A stretch of 64,000 nucleotides of DNA from a virus. Positions 8,936-17,552 of the stretch are shown here, piece by piece; position 1 is the stretch's first letter, and each line of letters opens with the position of its first letter. The translations under genes and the position numbers were made by a program. The stretch lies in the IMG/VR virus record IMGVR_UViG_3300000115_000012, one strand, 5' to 3'. The notes under the pieces were generated by a model. It searched no databases and was not told the DNA's origin. It was given only the letters and a program-made list of their open reading frames with translations.

Positions 8936-9445
8936 ATGAACACTCAAATCCAAACTAAAACTGAAGCTCAAATCACTGAACTTAAATTCTCTGAGCAAGC
9001 TCCAATCTACAACGAATTTGCAGCTGCTTTAGGTATCAAACAAGTTAAGAAATTCCGTGACAAATCAACTGGTGTTTCTCGTATCATGCAAATCCAGGAA
9101 CAGTATGTTGAAGAGCGTGACGAAATCCTAGCTGAGCAAAAAGCTAAAGCGGCTAAAGCAGTTAAGAAAGTTGAAAAAGCTGTAGCTAAAGATACCAATC
9201 GTCAAACTCGCTTCGATATGGATTTAATCGTTACTACGGTTAAGGATGAATCTAAAGAAGGTACTATCGAAAACAGCCTTCACGCTGCGATTGCTTCAGG
9301 TTGTACTACAGCAGGTGAAATCGTTGACTGTCTTGTATCTACTCATAAACGTCCTCGTAGCGGTTTAGGTGTTGACGAACAATATGTTGTTCATAATATT
9401 AAGTGGTTCGTTAAGAAAGGTCACTTGAAATTGGCACAAGCATAA
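8936..9445 (+). CDS. hypothetical protein with a C-terminal putative winged-helix domain (paralogue A)
   Basis: Coiled Lys/Ala-rich middle; C-terminal ~60 aa aligns with the 9503-10159 product. Confidence 0.8.
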   Translation: MNTQIQTKTEAQITELKFSEQAPIYNEFAAALGIKQVKKFRDKSTGVSRIMQIQEQYVEERDEILAEQKAKAAKAVKKVEKAVAKDTNRQTRFDMDLIVTTVKDESKEGTIENSLHAAIASGCTTAGEIVDCLVSTHKRPRSGLGVDEQYVVHNIKWFVKKGHLKLAQA

Positions 9446-9458
9446 GTTAAAATTAACA

Positions 9459-9490
9459 GGGTATGGGATGTAACCTATACCCTTATTTAT
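9459..9490 (+). terminator. probable terminator hairpin
   Basis: agggtatggg-atgtaa-cctataccct followed by tattt. Confidence 0.55.
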
Positions 9491-9502
9491 TAGGAGAAAA
9501 GT

Positions 9503-10159
9503 ATGTTTTATGCAATAGATTTTGACTCTCGTACGGTAGAGTCTAAAAGTGAACAAGGCGAAGATTTAGCCGCTTATGTTCTAGATAACGATTTAACCCT
9601 AGCTATATCTCTGGTTGATAGTGAAGATGAATTATGTCTTAGCTTTTCATTAGGTGAGATGCAAGACCTTCATAATAATATTCAGTTAATGGATACTTTC
9701 TTTGAAGGTAAACATCCAGTATTCGCTGATGAGGAAGAAGCGGCTGAAGCATGTTGGAAAATACTTGAAGAGTACCAAGATGACTTCCCAAAATTCACTC
9801 CAGCTTTAGGTAAAAAATTACTCAAACAAGCTACAAAACAGTCCTCAGACAAGCCAAAACCAGCAGGTAAGCAAACGGCTAAAGTTAGCAAAGAGTCTAC
9901 TCCTCGTACTAGAGTTACCTTAAACAATGATGATTCTTTAACCGTTGTGGACGGTAAGTGTAAACAAGGTAGTATTCTACATACCATAGTTGTTGCTATT
10001 GACGATGAGTTCTGTGAGACAGTTGGTGATGTATTAGATTACATTGTAGCTAATCACGTTATCCCTAAAACTGGTGAATTAGCCGATATGAAGTTCGCTG
10101 AGCATAATATTAAGTATTTCCTCAAGCAAGGTAAGATTTCTACAGGAGAAGAACTATGA
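9503..10159 (+). CDS. hypothetical protein with a C-terminal putative winged-helix domain (paralogue B)
   Basis: AGGAG RBS; HNIKYFLKQGKI matches HNIKWFVKKGHL of the upstream gene; ATGA overlap with the glycosyltransferase. Confidence 0.8.
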   Translation: MFYAIDFDSRTVESKSEQGEDLAAYVLDNDLTLAISLVDSEDELCLSFSLGEMQDLHNNIQLMDTFFEGKHPVFADEEEAAEACWKILEEYQDDFPKFTPALGKKLLKQATKQSSDKPKPAGKQTAKVSKESTPRTRVTLNNDDSLTVVDGKCKQGSILHTIVVAIDDEFCETVGDVLDYIVANHVIPKTGELADMKFAEHNIKYFLKQGKISTGEEL

Positions 10160-11409
10160 GAGTTTTACTAGCTCATTTCCAAATACAGGATTGGGGAGGT
10201 ATTGTAAACTACTCTGAATTCCTGGCTCGTGGTCTTAAAGCAATCGGTCATGAAGTAGATTCTGTTATGCTTAAGAACAAAGGTAAAACAGGTTATAACA
10301 AGACCAAGGATCGTTCAGAAACTCAAGGTTGGGAATTCGGTCCAGGTTTAGGCTTATGGATGCATCAGAAATCTGGTTGGGATGGTATGTACCAACTCAA
10401 CTACACTACTGATGTGATGTCAGGTGAGTCTTGGACAGCTGATTACGACTTAGTGATTTATATTGTCCCAGTACCAACTTGTTCTAAAGCGACCAAAGGT
10501 GATGAGGGATGGTTAAAGCTGTTCCGTAACAGCTCAGCTAAACAGATTGCAGTTGTACATGATGGTAATATGCAAAAACTGTATCCTCACTTATTAAATA
10601 TATGTGAGGAACTTGACGGTATTGTATGTGTACATGATGCTTCGTTTAATAGTTGCGAAGTATTACCTGTTCGTCGTACATTTATTCCTAATCCTCATGA
10701 TTATGATCCTCTTTGTGATATTACACCGATGTCAGAACGTACCGATGGATTTGTGTCTATGCAGACATTTAAACGTTGGAAACGTGTTGATGATTTGGTA
10801 AGAGCTATTCCGTTTATGGATGATTTTCATGAGAAGATTATTTGTGGCGGTGGTATCGAATATCACTATATGACCAGTGAGACCAAATGTAAACCTATTT
10901 ATAAAGATGAAGACGGTAATCGTATTTGGGATAACGCTGTTAAGTCTGGTATGGACTTCCGTGGATATATTACTACCGTGGAACGTGATGCGATTCTGCA
11001 AGATGTTAAACTTCTAATAGACCCTAGTTGGTCATTGAAGTATTCCGAGTTAGGTGCTCACTTTAACCGAGTTATGGTTGAGGCAATGTCTTGGGGATGT
11101 GTACCAGTTTGTACCGATTTAGGTATGAAGAATAGTATCCTATTCAAACCTGGAGTTAATTATATCGAAGTACCTCATGATATAGACCCAGAGGGTTACG
11201 CTGATATTATTGATAAAGCTTTAACTAATGAATCTCTTCTAGAATATATCCAAGAGAAGAATTTATTATTAATGGAAGCTTTTGACAAAGATAATATTGC
11301 TAAAGCTATCGTTGAGTTTGCAGCAGGTGAGTCAGGTGAAGTTGGTAAAGCTACCGAAAAACTAATTACCGATGCAACTCGTAAAATGGATCATTTTGAG
11401 GACTTCTAA
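10156..11409 (+). CDS. GT-B fold (GT4-like) glycosyltransferase, probably DNA/nucleotide-modifying
   Basis: MRVLL...WGGIVNYSEFLARGLKAIGHEV N-terminus; KRWKRVDDLVRA; FNRVMVEAMSWGCVPVCTD donor-binding motif. Confidence 0.85.
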   Translation: MRVLLAHFQIQDWGGIVNYSEFLARGLKAIGHEVDSVMLKNKGKTGYNKTKDRSETQGWEFGPGLGLWMHQKSGWDGMYQLNYTTDVMSGESWTADYDLVIYIVPVPTCSKATKGDEGWLKLFRNSSAKQIAVVHDGNMQKLYPHLLNICEELDGIVCVHDASFNSCEVLPVRRTFIPNPHDYDPLCDITPMSERTDGFVSMQTFKRWKRVDDLVRAIPFMDDFHEKIICGGGIEYHYMTSETKCKPIYKDEDGNRIWDNAVKSGMDFRGYITTVERDAILQDVKLLIDPSWSLKYSELGAHFNRVMVEAMSWGCVPVCTDLGMKNSILFKPGVNYIEVPHDIDPEGYADIIDKALTNESLLEYIQEKNLLLMEAFDKDNIAKAIVEFAAGESGEVGKATEKLITDATRKMDHFEDF

Positions 11410-11410
11410 T

Positions 11411-12274
11411 ATGAAGGATGAAATGATTCATAAGTTCTTTGCTTTTGTGCAATGTCGTCATTATATTTGGCAAGCTAAGGATAAAGGTTTGCCAAAACCA
11501 TGGACTGATATTGAGATATTACAGGAGTATAAGTTCTGTAACGTATTTCGTGAATTGGATACAGTTACAATATGGATAGATAAAAATATCCGTCAACGTT
11601 GGGCTAATCATAAATACTTGTGGTTTGCCTTATGTGTTGCTCGTCGTATAAACTTACCAGAAACATTGGAATATCTTAATGAGTTCTTAGTTGATTGGGA
11701 CGCTGATAAAGTACATGCTATATTGGAGAGACGTAAATCTAAAGGTCTTCCCATTTATAATAGTGCTTACTCATTAACTACCGCCAGTCGTAAAATGGAT
11801 AAGAATACATATACTGTTTACGAGTGTCTAGATAAGTTATGGGAAAAGCGTGAAGAAATTACCAACTGGTTAAGGTGGGATTCCTGGGACTCACTGGAGC
11901 GTACCTTTAATAAGTTTGCGAAGGGTAATCCTGGTATTAGTGGTTTTCTAGCTTATGAGATAGTAACTGACTTGCGTCATACTCGTTATCTTCGTAATGC
12001 TATGGATACTATGAGTTGGGCTAATGCAGGACCAGGAGCTGTTAGAGGTTTGAACCGTATCTACGAAAAACCTATAACTAGGAAAATTAATGCTTGTCAA
12101 GCCAACAAAGATATGCAAAAATTATTGTCGTTGGCTGAGTTGTATAACCCTGACAGTTTTCCAAAGATGGAAATGAGGGATATAGAACACTGCTTATGTG
12201 AGTTCGATAAGTTCATGAGAATCAAATTAGGTAAGAGTTTTCTCTGCCGTAAATATAATGGAAAAGGTGAATAA
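11411..12274 (+). CDS. alpha-glutamyl/putrescinyl-thymine pyrophosphorylase clade 1-like protein (HhH-glycosylase-related; thymidine hypermodification)
   Basis: YKFCNVFRELDTVT.WI, GFLAYEIVTDLRHT, GPGAVRGLNRI, DIEHCLCEFDKF; start moved to ATG 11411 behind GAGG. Confidence 0.8.
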   Translation: MKDEMIHKFFAFVQCRHYIWQAKDKGLPKPWTDIEILQEYKFCNVFRELDTVTIWIDKNIRQRWANHKYLWFALCVARRINLPETLEYLNEFLVDWDADKVHAILERRKSKGLPIYNSAYSLTTASRKMDKNTYTVYECLDKLWEKREEITNWLRWDSWDSLERTFNKFAKGNPGISGFLAYEIVTDLRHTRYLRNAMDTMSWANAGPGAVRGLNRIYEKPITRKINACQANKDMQKLLSLAELYNPDSFPKMEMRDIEHCLCEFDKFMRIKLGKSFLCRKYNGKGE

Positions 12275-12275
12275 T

Positions 12276-13331
12276 ATGTTAGTAATTAATGCTCGTAATG
12301 CAAATGACGCTTTGGGTCAGGGTATCCAATTAATTCAAGAATCAGCTGAAGCTATTGAGAGTCGTGTGGGTATGACTCTTGAAGTTCCAATGTCAGTTAC
12401 CACGGTTTACCACAAACCTTGGGAACGTGTACTACTTAGTAAAGTTCGTGACGCTAATCCTTTCTTCCACTTAATGGAAGCTATGTGGATTATTGCTGGT
12501 CGTCAAGATGTTAAGTTCCTAACTGAGTTTAACAAACGTATGGCTGATTACAGTGATGACGGTGAAGTATTCAATGCACCTTATGGTCACCGTATGCGTA
12601 ACCACTTCCCTAGTATTTATCAAGGTGAGACTACGCTAGACCAACTTAAAACTGTAATTGGTATTTTACGTAACGATCCTAACAGTCGTCAAGCGGTAGT
12701 ACAGATTTGGGACTCTAAAGATTTAGCTCCTGAAATTAACACTAAAGATAAAGCCTGTAATATGTCTATCGTGTTTCGTATTCGTAACGGTGAACTTTGT
12801 GTCACAGTTTACAACCGTTCTAACGATATGATTTGGGGAGCTTATGGTGCTAACGTAGTGCAGTTTAGTATGATTCAAGAGTACGTAGCGGCTCAATTAG
12901 GACTCCCTCTTGGTACTTACACGCAAGTTAGTAATTCATACCACGTTTATACAACTGGTGCAGGTGGTAAAGTCTGGGATCGTTTAGTTGAGTCTTACGA
13001 TGCAGATAAAGATATTTACGACTCAGTTGTTAATAATCAAGTGTATATGATGGATTATGACATGTCAGCAATGGACTACGATTTGGCTATGTTCTTTAAC
13101 GCTTATGACCAGTTTGGTATTGATGAGTTAGGTGAGATGCGTTGTTGGCAATCTCAGTATTTTAATCAATTGATCATGCCTGTTTTGTGTATCTACTTAA
13201 TTCACAAACAACATGGTCCGACTCAAGCTTTAAAATACACCCATACCATTCAATCTGATGATTGGCGTATAGCTTGTGAAGATTGGCTAACTAACCGTGA
13301 AGAAGCTCGTAAAGCTAAAGAGGTTAAATAA
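12276..13331 (+). CDS. Thymidylate-synthase-fold dUMP hydroxymethylase (5hmdUMP synthase)
   Basis: EAMWIIAG, PNSRQAV, catalytic KACN, RSNDMIWGAYGAN (Asn at the dUMP-specificity position), SYHVY. Confidence 0.82.
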   Translation: MLVINARNANDALGQGIQLIQESAEAIESRVGMTLEVPMSVTTVYHKPWERVLLSKVRDANPFFHLMEAMWIIAGRQDVKFLTEFNKRMADYSDDGEVFNAPYGHRMRNHFPSIYQGETTLDQLKTVIGILRNDPNSRQAVVQIWDSKDLAPEINTKDKACNMSIVFRIRNGELCVTVYNRSNDMIWGAYGANVVQFSMIQEYVAAQLGLPLGTYTQVSNSYHVYTTGAGGKVWDRLVESYDADKDIYDSVVNNQVYMMDYDMSAMDYDLAMFFNAYDQFGIDELGEMRCWQSQYFNQLIMPVLCIYLIHKQHGPTQALKYTHTIQSDDWRIACEDWLTNREEARKAKEVK

Positions 13332-13834
13332 TGAATATTTCAAAAGTATTAGAAAGTTCAGGTGTTAGCCGTTTCCATGCAGTACCAGGATTGGCTCAGC
13401 AGACCATAGCTCAGCATTCTTGGGGAGTGTCTATGTTATGCCAATATTTTAATCCTGAGTGCCGTAAGGAGCTTGTTTTATCAGCTTTAACTCATGACTG
13501 TACTGAGTTAGTTACTGGTGACATCCCAGCTACAGCCAAATGGGAATCTCCTGAACTGAAAGTTATTTTAGACCAAATCGAGTCTAAGACTGAACAGGAA
13601 TGGGGAATACAGTTTACACTTGACGAAGATGAGAAGCGTCTACTTAAATTATGTGACGGTCTTGAAGGTATGAATTATTGCCTTGAACGTCGCAGACAAG
13701 GAGAGTTAGAAGCATCTGTTGTATTTTACCGTTGGGCTGACTTTATCATGGGTAAATTTGTATTCAATGAGAAAGAAACAGAATTCTTTTCTACTTTAAT
13801 TAATAAAATGGGGAATCTTACCAATGGAAGTTAA
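13331..13834 (+). CDS. HD-domain (YfbR-like) deoxynucleotide phosphohydrolase
   Basis: RFH....QTIAQHSW, LTHDCTELVTGDIP, LKLCDGLE. Confidence 0.85.
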   Translation: MNISKVLESSGVSRFHAVPGLAQQTIAQHSWGVSMLCQYFNPECRKELVLSALTHDCTELVTGDIPATAKWESPELKVILDQIESKTEQEWGIQFTLDEDEKRLLKLCDGLEGMNYCLERRRQGELEASVVFYRWADFIMGKFVFNEKETEFFSTLINKMGNLTNGS

Positions 13835-14228
13835 TGAAATTCAAATCGGTGGTAAACACTATAAACGTGAATATCAGCACTGGGATCTTGTTTGTGACTT
13901 AGAGTTACATTACTTGTTAGGTTGTTCAACTAAATATGTATCTCGTTGGCAAGAAAAGAACGGTCTTGAAGATTTACGTAAATCTCTTCATTATATTGCT
14001 AAGTTTGAAGATAAAGGTTTATTGGTTGAAGAGTACACACATGAGCAGTCTAATAATCTAGATATGTTCTGTGATCAACTTCACCATGTTGACGGTATTA
14101 TTGTTAAACTTATTTGTTTAGGTTCGTTTGAAGAAGCTGTCAAACTTATCAATGAATTAATCGAGGAAGTTGAGAGCGGTCCAACTTCTAATTACGTAGA
14201 CCCAGACAACAATTATATTAGAGGTTAG
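13824..14228 (+). CDS. DUF3310-family (T7 gp1.7/SaV-like) putative nucleotide kinase
   Basis: QIGGKHYK, LGCSTKYVSRWQEKNGLEDLRKSLHY. Confidence 0.78.
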   Translation: MEVNEIQIGGKHYKREYQHWDLVCDLELHYLLGCSTKYVSRWQEKNGLEDLRKSLHYIAKFEDKGLLVEEYTHEQSNNLDMFCDQLHHVDGIIVKLICLGSFEEAVKLINELIEEVESGPTSNYVDPDNNYIRG

Positions 14229-14229
14229 T

Positions 14230-14775
14230 ATGTCGTTATTATCTTATAATGCTTTAGTAGGTTTAGTTCAGGAAGGAGTTATCAACGCTCCACTTGAACA
14301 TATTAGCGGTGCAAGTATTGATATTACAATTGGTGAAGATATCCTAATTGAAAAACCAATGTCTCAGCAACCAATCATTGACCTTAAATCCAAACAGTCA
14401 CTTGAGTTGCGTCGTCATCGCATACATAATGATGGTTTCCGTTTATATCCTGGTCAGTTTATCCTAGCGACAAGTCAGGAAACGTTCAACTTACCAAACG
14501 ATGTAGCCTGTGAATATAAACTGAAGAGTTCTCTAGCTCGTTCAGGTTTACAACACATGTTAGCAGGTTGGTGTGATCCAGGTTGGAATAATTCTAAGTT
14601 AACTTTGGAAATTAAGAATGTTACGCAGAATCACATTCTATTATTAAAACCTGGAATGAAGATTGGACAGATGGTATTCTTTGAATGCGAACCAGTTCCT
14701 GACGAGCATAGTTATGCTAATACAGGTCAGTATAACGGGCAAGACACTGTAACTGAGAATAAAGGTGTAAGATAA
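14230..14775 (+). CDS. dcd: dCTP deaminase (possibly bifunctional dCTP deaminase/dUTPase)
   Basis: ASIDITIG, KSSLARSGL, AGWCDPGW...LTLEI, PGMKIGQMVFF, Y.GQ. Confidence 0.92.
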   Translation: MSLLSYNALVGLVQEGVINAPLEHISGASIDITIGEDILIEKPMSQQPIIDLKSKQSLELRRHRIHNDGFRLYPGQFILATSQETFNLPNDVACEYKLKSSLARSGLQHMLAGWCDPGWNNSKLTLEIKNVTQNHILLLKPGMKIGQMVFFECEPVPDEHSYANTGQYNGQDTVTENKGVR

Positions 14776-14780
14776 TATTT

Positions 14781-14807
14781 AGGCTACTTCGGTAGCCTTT
14801 ATTCTTT
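14781..14807 (+). terminator. Rho-independent terminator closing the modification operon
   Basis: aggctac-TTCG-gtagcct followed by ttattcttt. Confidence 0.75.
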
Positions 14808-14816
14808 GGAGTTATT

Positions 14817-16676
14817 ATGAATCATAAGAAACTATTAACGTGTGACGTTGAATGTTACACCAACTACTTTCTAATAATGTTTAGAAAGGTATCGAGCGGA
14901 GATATTATTTACTTTGAGAAGTTTAACGGTTCAGAGTTAAATAGACAGAATATCCTCCATATTATTAACAAGTATACGATTATAACTTTTAACGGTAACT
15001 CGTATGACCAAGTGGTTATTGAAGCAGCTTGTCAGGGATTCAGCAATGAGTCTCTTAAGAAAATAACCGATTATCTTATTGTTGGTAAAGACGGTAGAGG
15101 TAATCAAGCTTGGCAAGCTCGTAAGCAGTTTGGTATTGGTAAAATGGAATTTGACCATATTGACTTAATTGAGGTAGCTCCATTGTCAGCCTCACTTAAG
15201 ATTTATGGTGGTCGTTTACATTCCCCTAAAATGCAAGATTTACCTATCGCACCTGATGCAATTATCCAGGAAGAAGATTTACCTGATATGCGTAAATATT
15301 GTGGTAATGACTTGGATGTTACTGAACGGTTATTCCTACAGTTAGAACCTGAGATAGAACTACGTACCATGATGTCTAAAGAGTACGGTGTGGACTTACG
15401 TTCTAAATCAGATGCACAAATAGCTGAAGCAGTAATTAAGAAGGAAATGGACGACAATTATGGTTTTATACCTAAACGTCCAAAAGTAGAACCAGGAACT
15501 CAATATACATATAAAGCTCCTGCTAATTTAGAATTCAATAGTGAAGTTCTACAAGACCTATTTCGTCAATATACCACTATACCGTTTGAAGTTAATAAAT
15601 CAGGTTATGTGGAATTCAACTTTGAAATGTTGGAATCTGACCGTATTAAATCAGGTAAGAAGAAAGGTGAATTTCCAGCTAGTAAAAAGCAGATGAAGTT
15701 CATGATAGGTAATACTAAGTATACAGCTGGAATCGGTGGTCTGCATAGTTGTGAGAAAGGTGCTCGTCATACCAATAATGGTAATATATTACGCGATTAC
15801 GATGTAGCGAGTTACTATCCTCGTATTATTCTTAACAACCGTCTATATCCTAAGCATATCGGTGAACCGTTCTTGGCTATTTACGAGTCCATTGTTGACC
15901 GTCGTCTAAAGGCTAAACGTAGCGGTGACAAAGTAACCAACGAATCACTTAAGATTACCATTAACGGATCATTCGGTAAACTTGGTAGTAAATGGTCTTG
16001 TTTATACTCACCTGATCTTATGCTCCAAGTTACGGTTACTGGTCAACTTAGTTTGTTAATGTTGATTGAACGCTTAGAACTAGCTGGGATATCAGTAGTT
16101 AGTGCGAATACCGATGGTATTGTTGTTAAGATGAAACCTGAGCAGGAAGCCAAAGCGGAGGAAATAGTTGAAGATTGGCAATTCGATACCGATTACGAGC
16201 TTGAGGGTACTGATTATGTAAGTCTAAACAGTCGTGATATTAACAACTATATAGCAGTAAAATCTAGCGGAAGTAAGGGTAAAGGAGCTTACTCAGACCA
16301 ACGTGAGCACTATTACAAGCTACGTAGTAACCCAAGTAATGATATCTGTACCGAGGCTGTTAAGTTGTTCTTACAGGACGGTACTCCAGTTGAAGAAACA
16401 ATACGAGCTTGCCAGGATATTACCAAGTTCCTAAACTTGAGAACCGTAAATGGCGGTGCTGTAAAAGACGGTCAAGTTATTGGTAAGGCTATCAGATGGT
16501 ATTATGGGTCTGAAGAGCTTGATGCAATATTTTATAATACTAATGGTAATAAAGTACCAAAGTCCGATGGCGGTGTACCGCTTATGGACTTACCAGATGA
16601 GTTCCCTGAAGATGTGGATTTCAACTGGTACGTAACCGAAGCCAAACGTATACTAAAAGATATTGGATGGAAATAA
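14817..16676 (+). CDS. Family B DNA polymerase with 3'-5' exonuclease
   Basis: Exo DVECY, FNGNSYD, YCGND; polymerase DYDVASYYP, KITINGSFGK, ANTDG. Confidence 0.93.
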   Translation: MNHKKLLTCDVECYTNYFLIMFRKVSSGDIIYFEKFNGSELNRQNILHIINKYTIITFNGNSYDQVVIEAACQGFSNESLKKITDYLIVGKDGRGNQAWQARKQFGIGKMEFDHIDLIEVAPLSASLKIYGGRLHSPKMQDLPIAPDAIIQEEDLPDMRKYCGNDLDVTERLFLQLEPEIELRTMMSKEYGVDLRSKSDAQIAEAVIKKEMDDNYGFIPKRPKVEPGTQYTYKAPANLEFNSEVLQDLFRQYTTIPFEVNKSGYVEFNFEMLESDRIKSGKKKGEFPASKKQMKFMIGNTKYTAGIGGLHSCEKGARHTNNGNILRDYDVASYYPRIILNNRLYPKHIGEPFLAIYESIVDRRLKAKRSGDKVTNESLKITINGSFGKLGSKWSCLYSPDLMLQVTVTGQLSLLMLIERLELAGISVVSANTDGIVVKMKPEQEAKAEEIVEDWQFDTDYELEGTDYVSLNSRDINNYIAVKSSGSKGKGAYSDQREHYYKLRSNPSNDICTEAVKLFLQDGTPVEETIRACQDITKFLNLRTVNGGAVKDGQVIGKAIRWYYGSEELDAIFYNTNGNKVPKSDGGVPLMDLPDEFPEDVDFNWYVTEAKRILKDIGWK

Positions 16677-16690
16677 ATTGTATTTAGGGG

Positions 16691-16719
16691 TTTACTTTTA
16701 TATCCGTAGACCCCATACT
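16691..16719 (+). promoter_or_regulatory. sigma70-like promoter
   Basis: TTTACT-17 bp-CATACT; overlapped by inverted repeat ggggtttac/gtagacccc. Confidence 0.65.
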
Positions 16720-16773
16720 TGTTCTATCAGCTGAGTTAGCTGAATCATTAATTAACTGAAATAGGTGAACACT

Positions 16774-17118
16774 ATGTCTAAACTTGACGAACTAAAGAAA
16801 ATCAACGAACAGAAAAAAGAACTTGCTGCTCAACAAAAAGCTCTACGTGAAGAGTTAGATGCAACCAAAGAGCAACGTAAAGAAGCTCGTAAAGTACAAG
16901 CTCAAGCCCGTAAAGATGTACGTGAGCAAAAAGCTGATCTACGTGACTTGTCTGCTAAAGTTTACGAAGCGTTCTCAAGCAATGATCCTGAAGTAATTGG
17001 CAAACTAGCTGATGACATCATGGAAAGTGCTTCTGAATTAAGCGGTACAATCCGTAAGTTTGCGGATGCTGCTAAAGATCCTGAAACTGAAGAAGTTGAG
17101 TCAGACGAAGAACTGTAA
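16774..17118 (+). CDS. coiled-coil hypothetical protein
   Basis: AGGTG RBS; heptad K/E/Q/A-rich helix. Confidence 0.75.
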   Translation: MSKLDELKKINEQKKELAAQQKALREELDATKEQRKEARKVQAQARKDVREQKADLRDLSAKVYEAFSSNDPEVIGKLADDIMESASELSGTIRKFADAAKDPETEEVESDEEL

Positions 17119-17138
17119 ACTTCACAAATTTACGGAGG

Positions 17139-17167
17139 AAAGGCTGAGTTAATACTCGGCCTTTTTC
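17139..17167 (+). terminator. Rho-independent terminator
   Basis: aaaggctgagt-taat-actcggccttt followed by T's. Confidence 0.75.
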
Positions 17168-17171
17168 ATTT

Positions 17172-17507
17172 ATGGATATTGATAAATTTCTAGGTAATGC
17201 TACCAAACGTAAAACTAAAGAGTCTGAGATTACAGAAATCGATATAGAGCAGGAATTCTGTAAACATGCAACTAATAAAGGTTGTAAGGCTTTAAAGTTA
17301 ATATATCTCAATAAGAAAGGTTTTCCAGACCGTACAGTGGTTTGTCCTAATGCTCGTATATTCTTTATTGAGTTTAAACGTAAAGGTAAAAAACAATCTC
17401 CACCTCAAAAGTTAGTTCAGAAGATGCTTGAGTCATTTGGGTTTGAATACTATGTGTGTGATGAAATAGGTCAAGCTGAACTCTATTTAAATAAATTCCT
17501 TGCTTAA
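17172..17507 (+). CDS. VRR-NUC domain nuclease (Holliday-junction resolvase-like)
   Basis: IEQEF, GFPDR, FIEFKR.GKK.SPPQ. Confidence 0.88.
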   Translation: MDIDKFLGNATKRKTKESEITEIDIEQEFCKHATNKGCKALKLIYLNKKGFPDRTVVCPNARIFFIEFKRKGKKQSPPQKLVQKMLESFGFEYYVCDEIGQAELYLNKFLA

Positions 17508-17528
17508 TCCCACCTAAACATTAATAAT
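17500..17528 (+). promoter_or_regulatory. sigma70-like promoter for the helicase
   Basis: TTGCTT-17 bp-AATAAT. Confidence 0.55.
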
Positions 17529-17552
17529 GACTCTTATACAATAGGAGTCATT

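Noticed and set aside
12276-13331. T4-like dCMP hydroxymethylase + glucosyltransferase (glc-5hmC) pathway
   Set aside because: The specificity residue is Asn (dUMP type), and a dCTP deaminase and an aGPT-PPlase-like gene are present. Not fully excluded without an assay.
13331-13834. DatZ / Z-genome (2-aminoadenine) system
   Set aside because: The HD fold is similar, but there is no PurZ and the context is pyrimidine metabolism.
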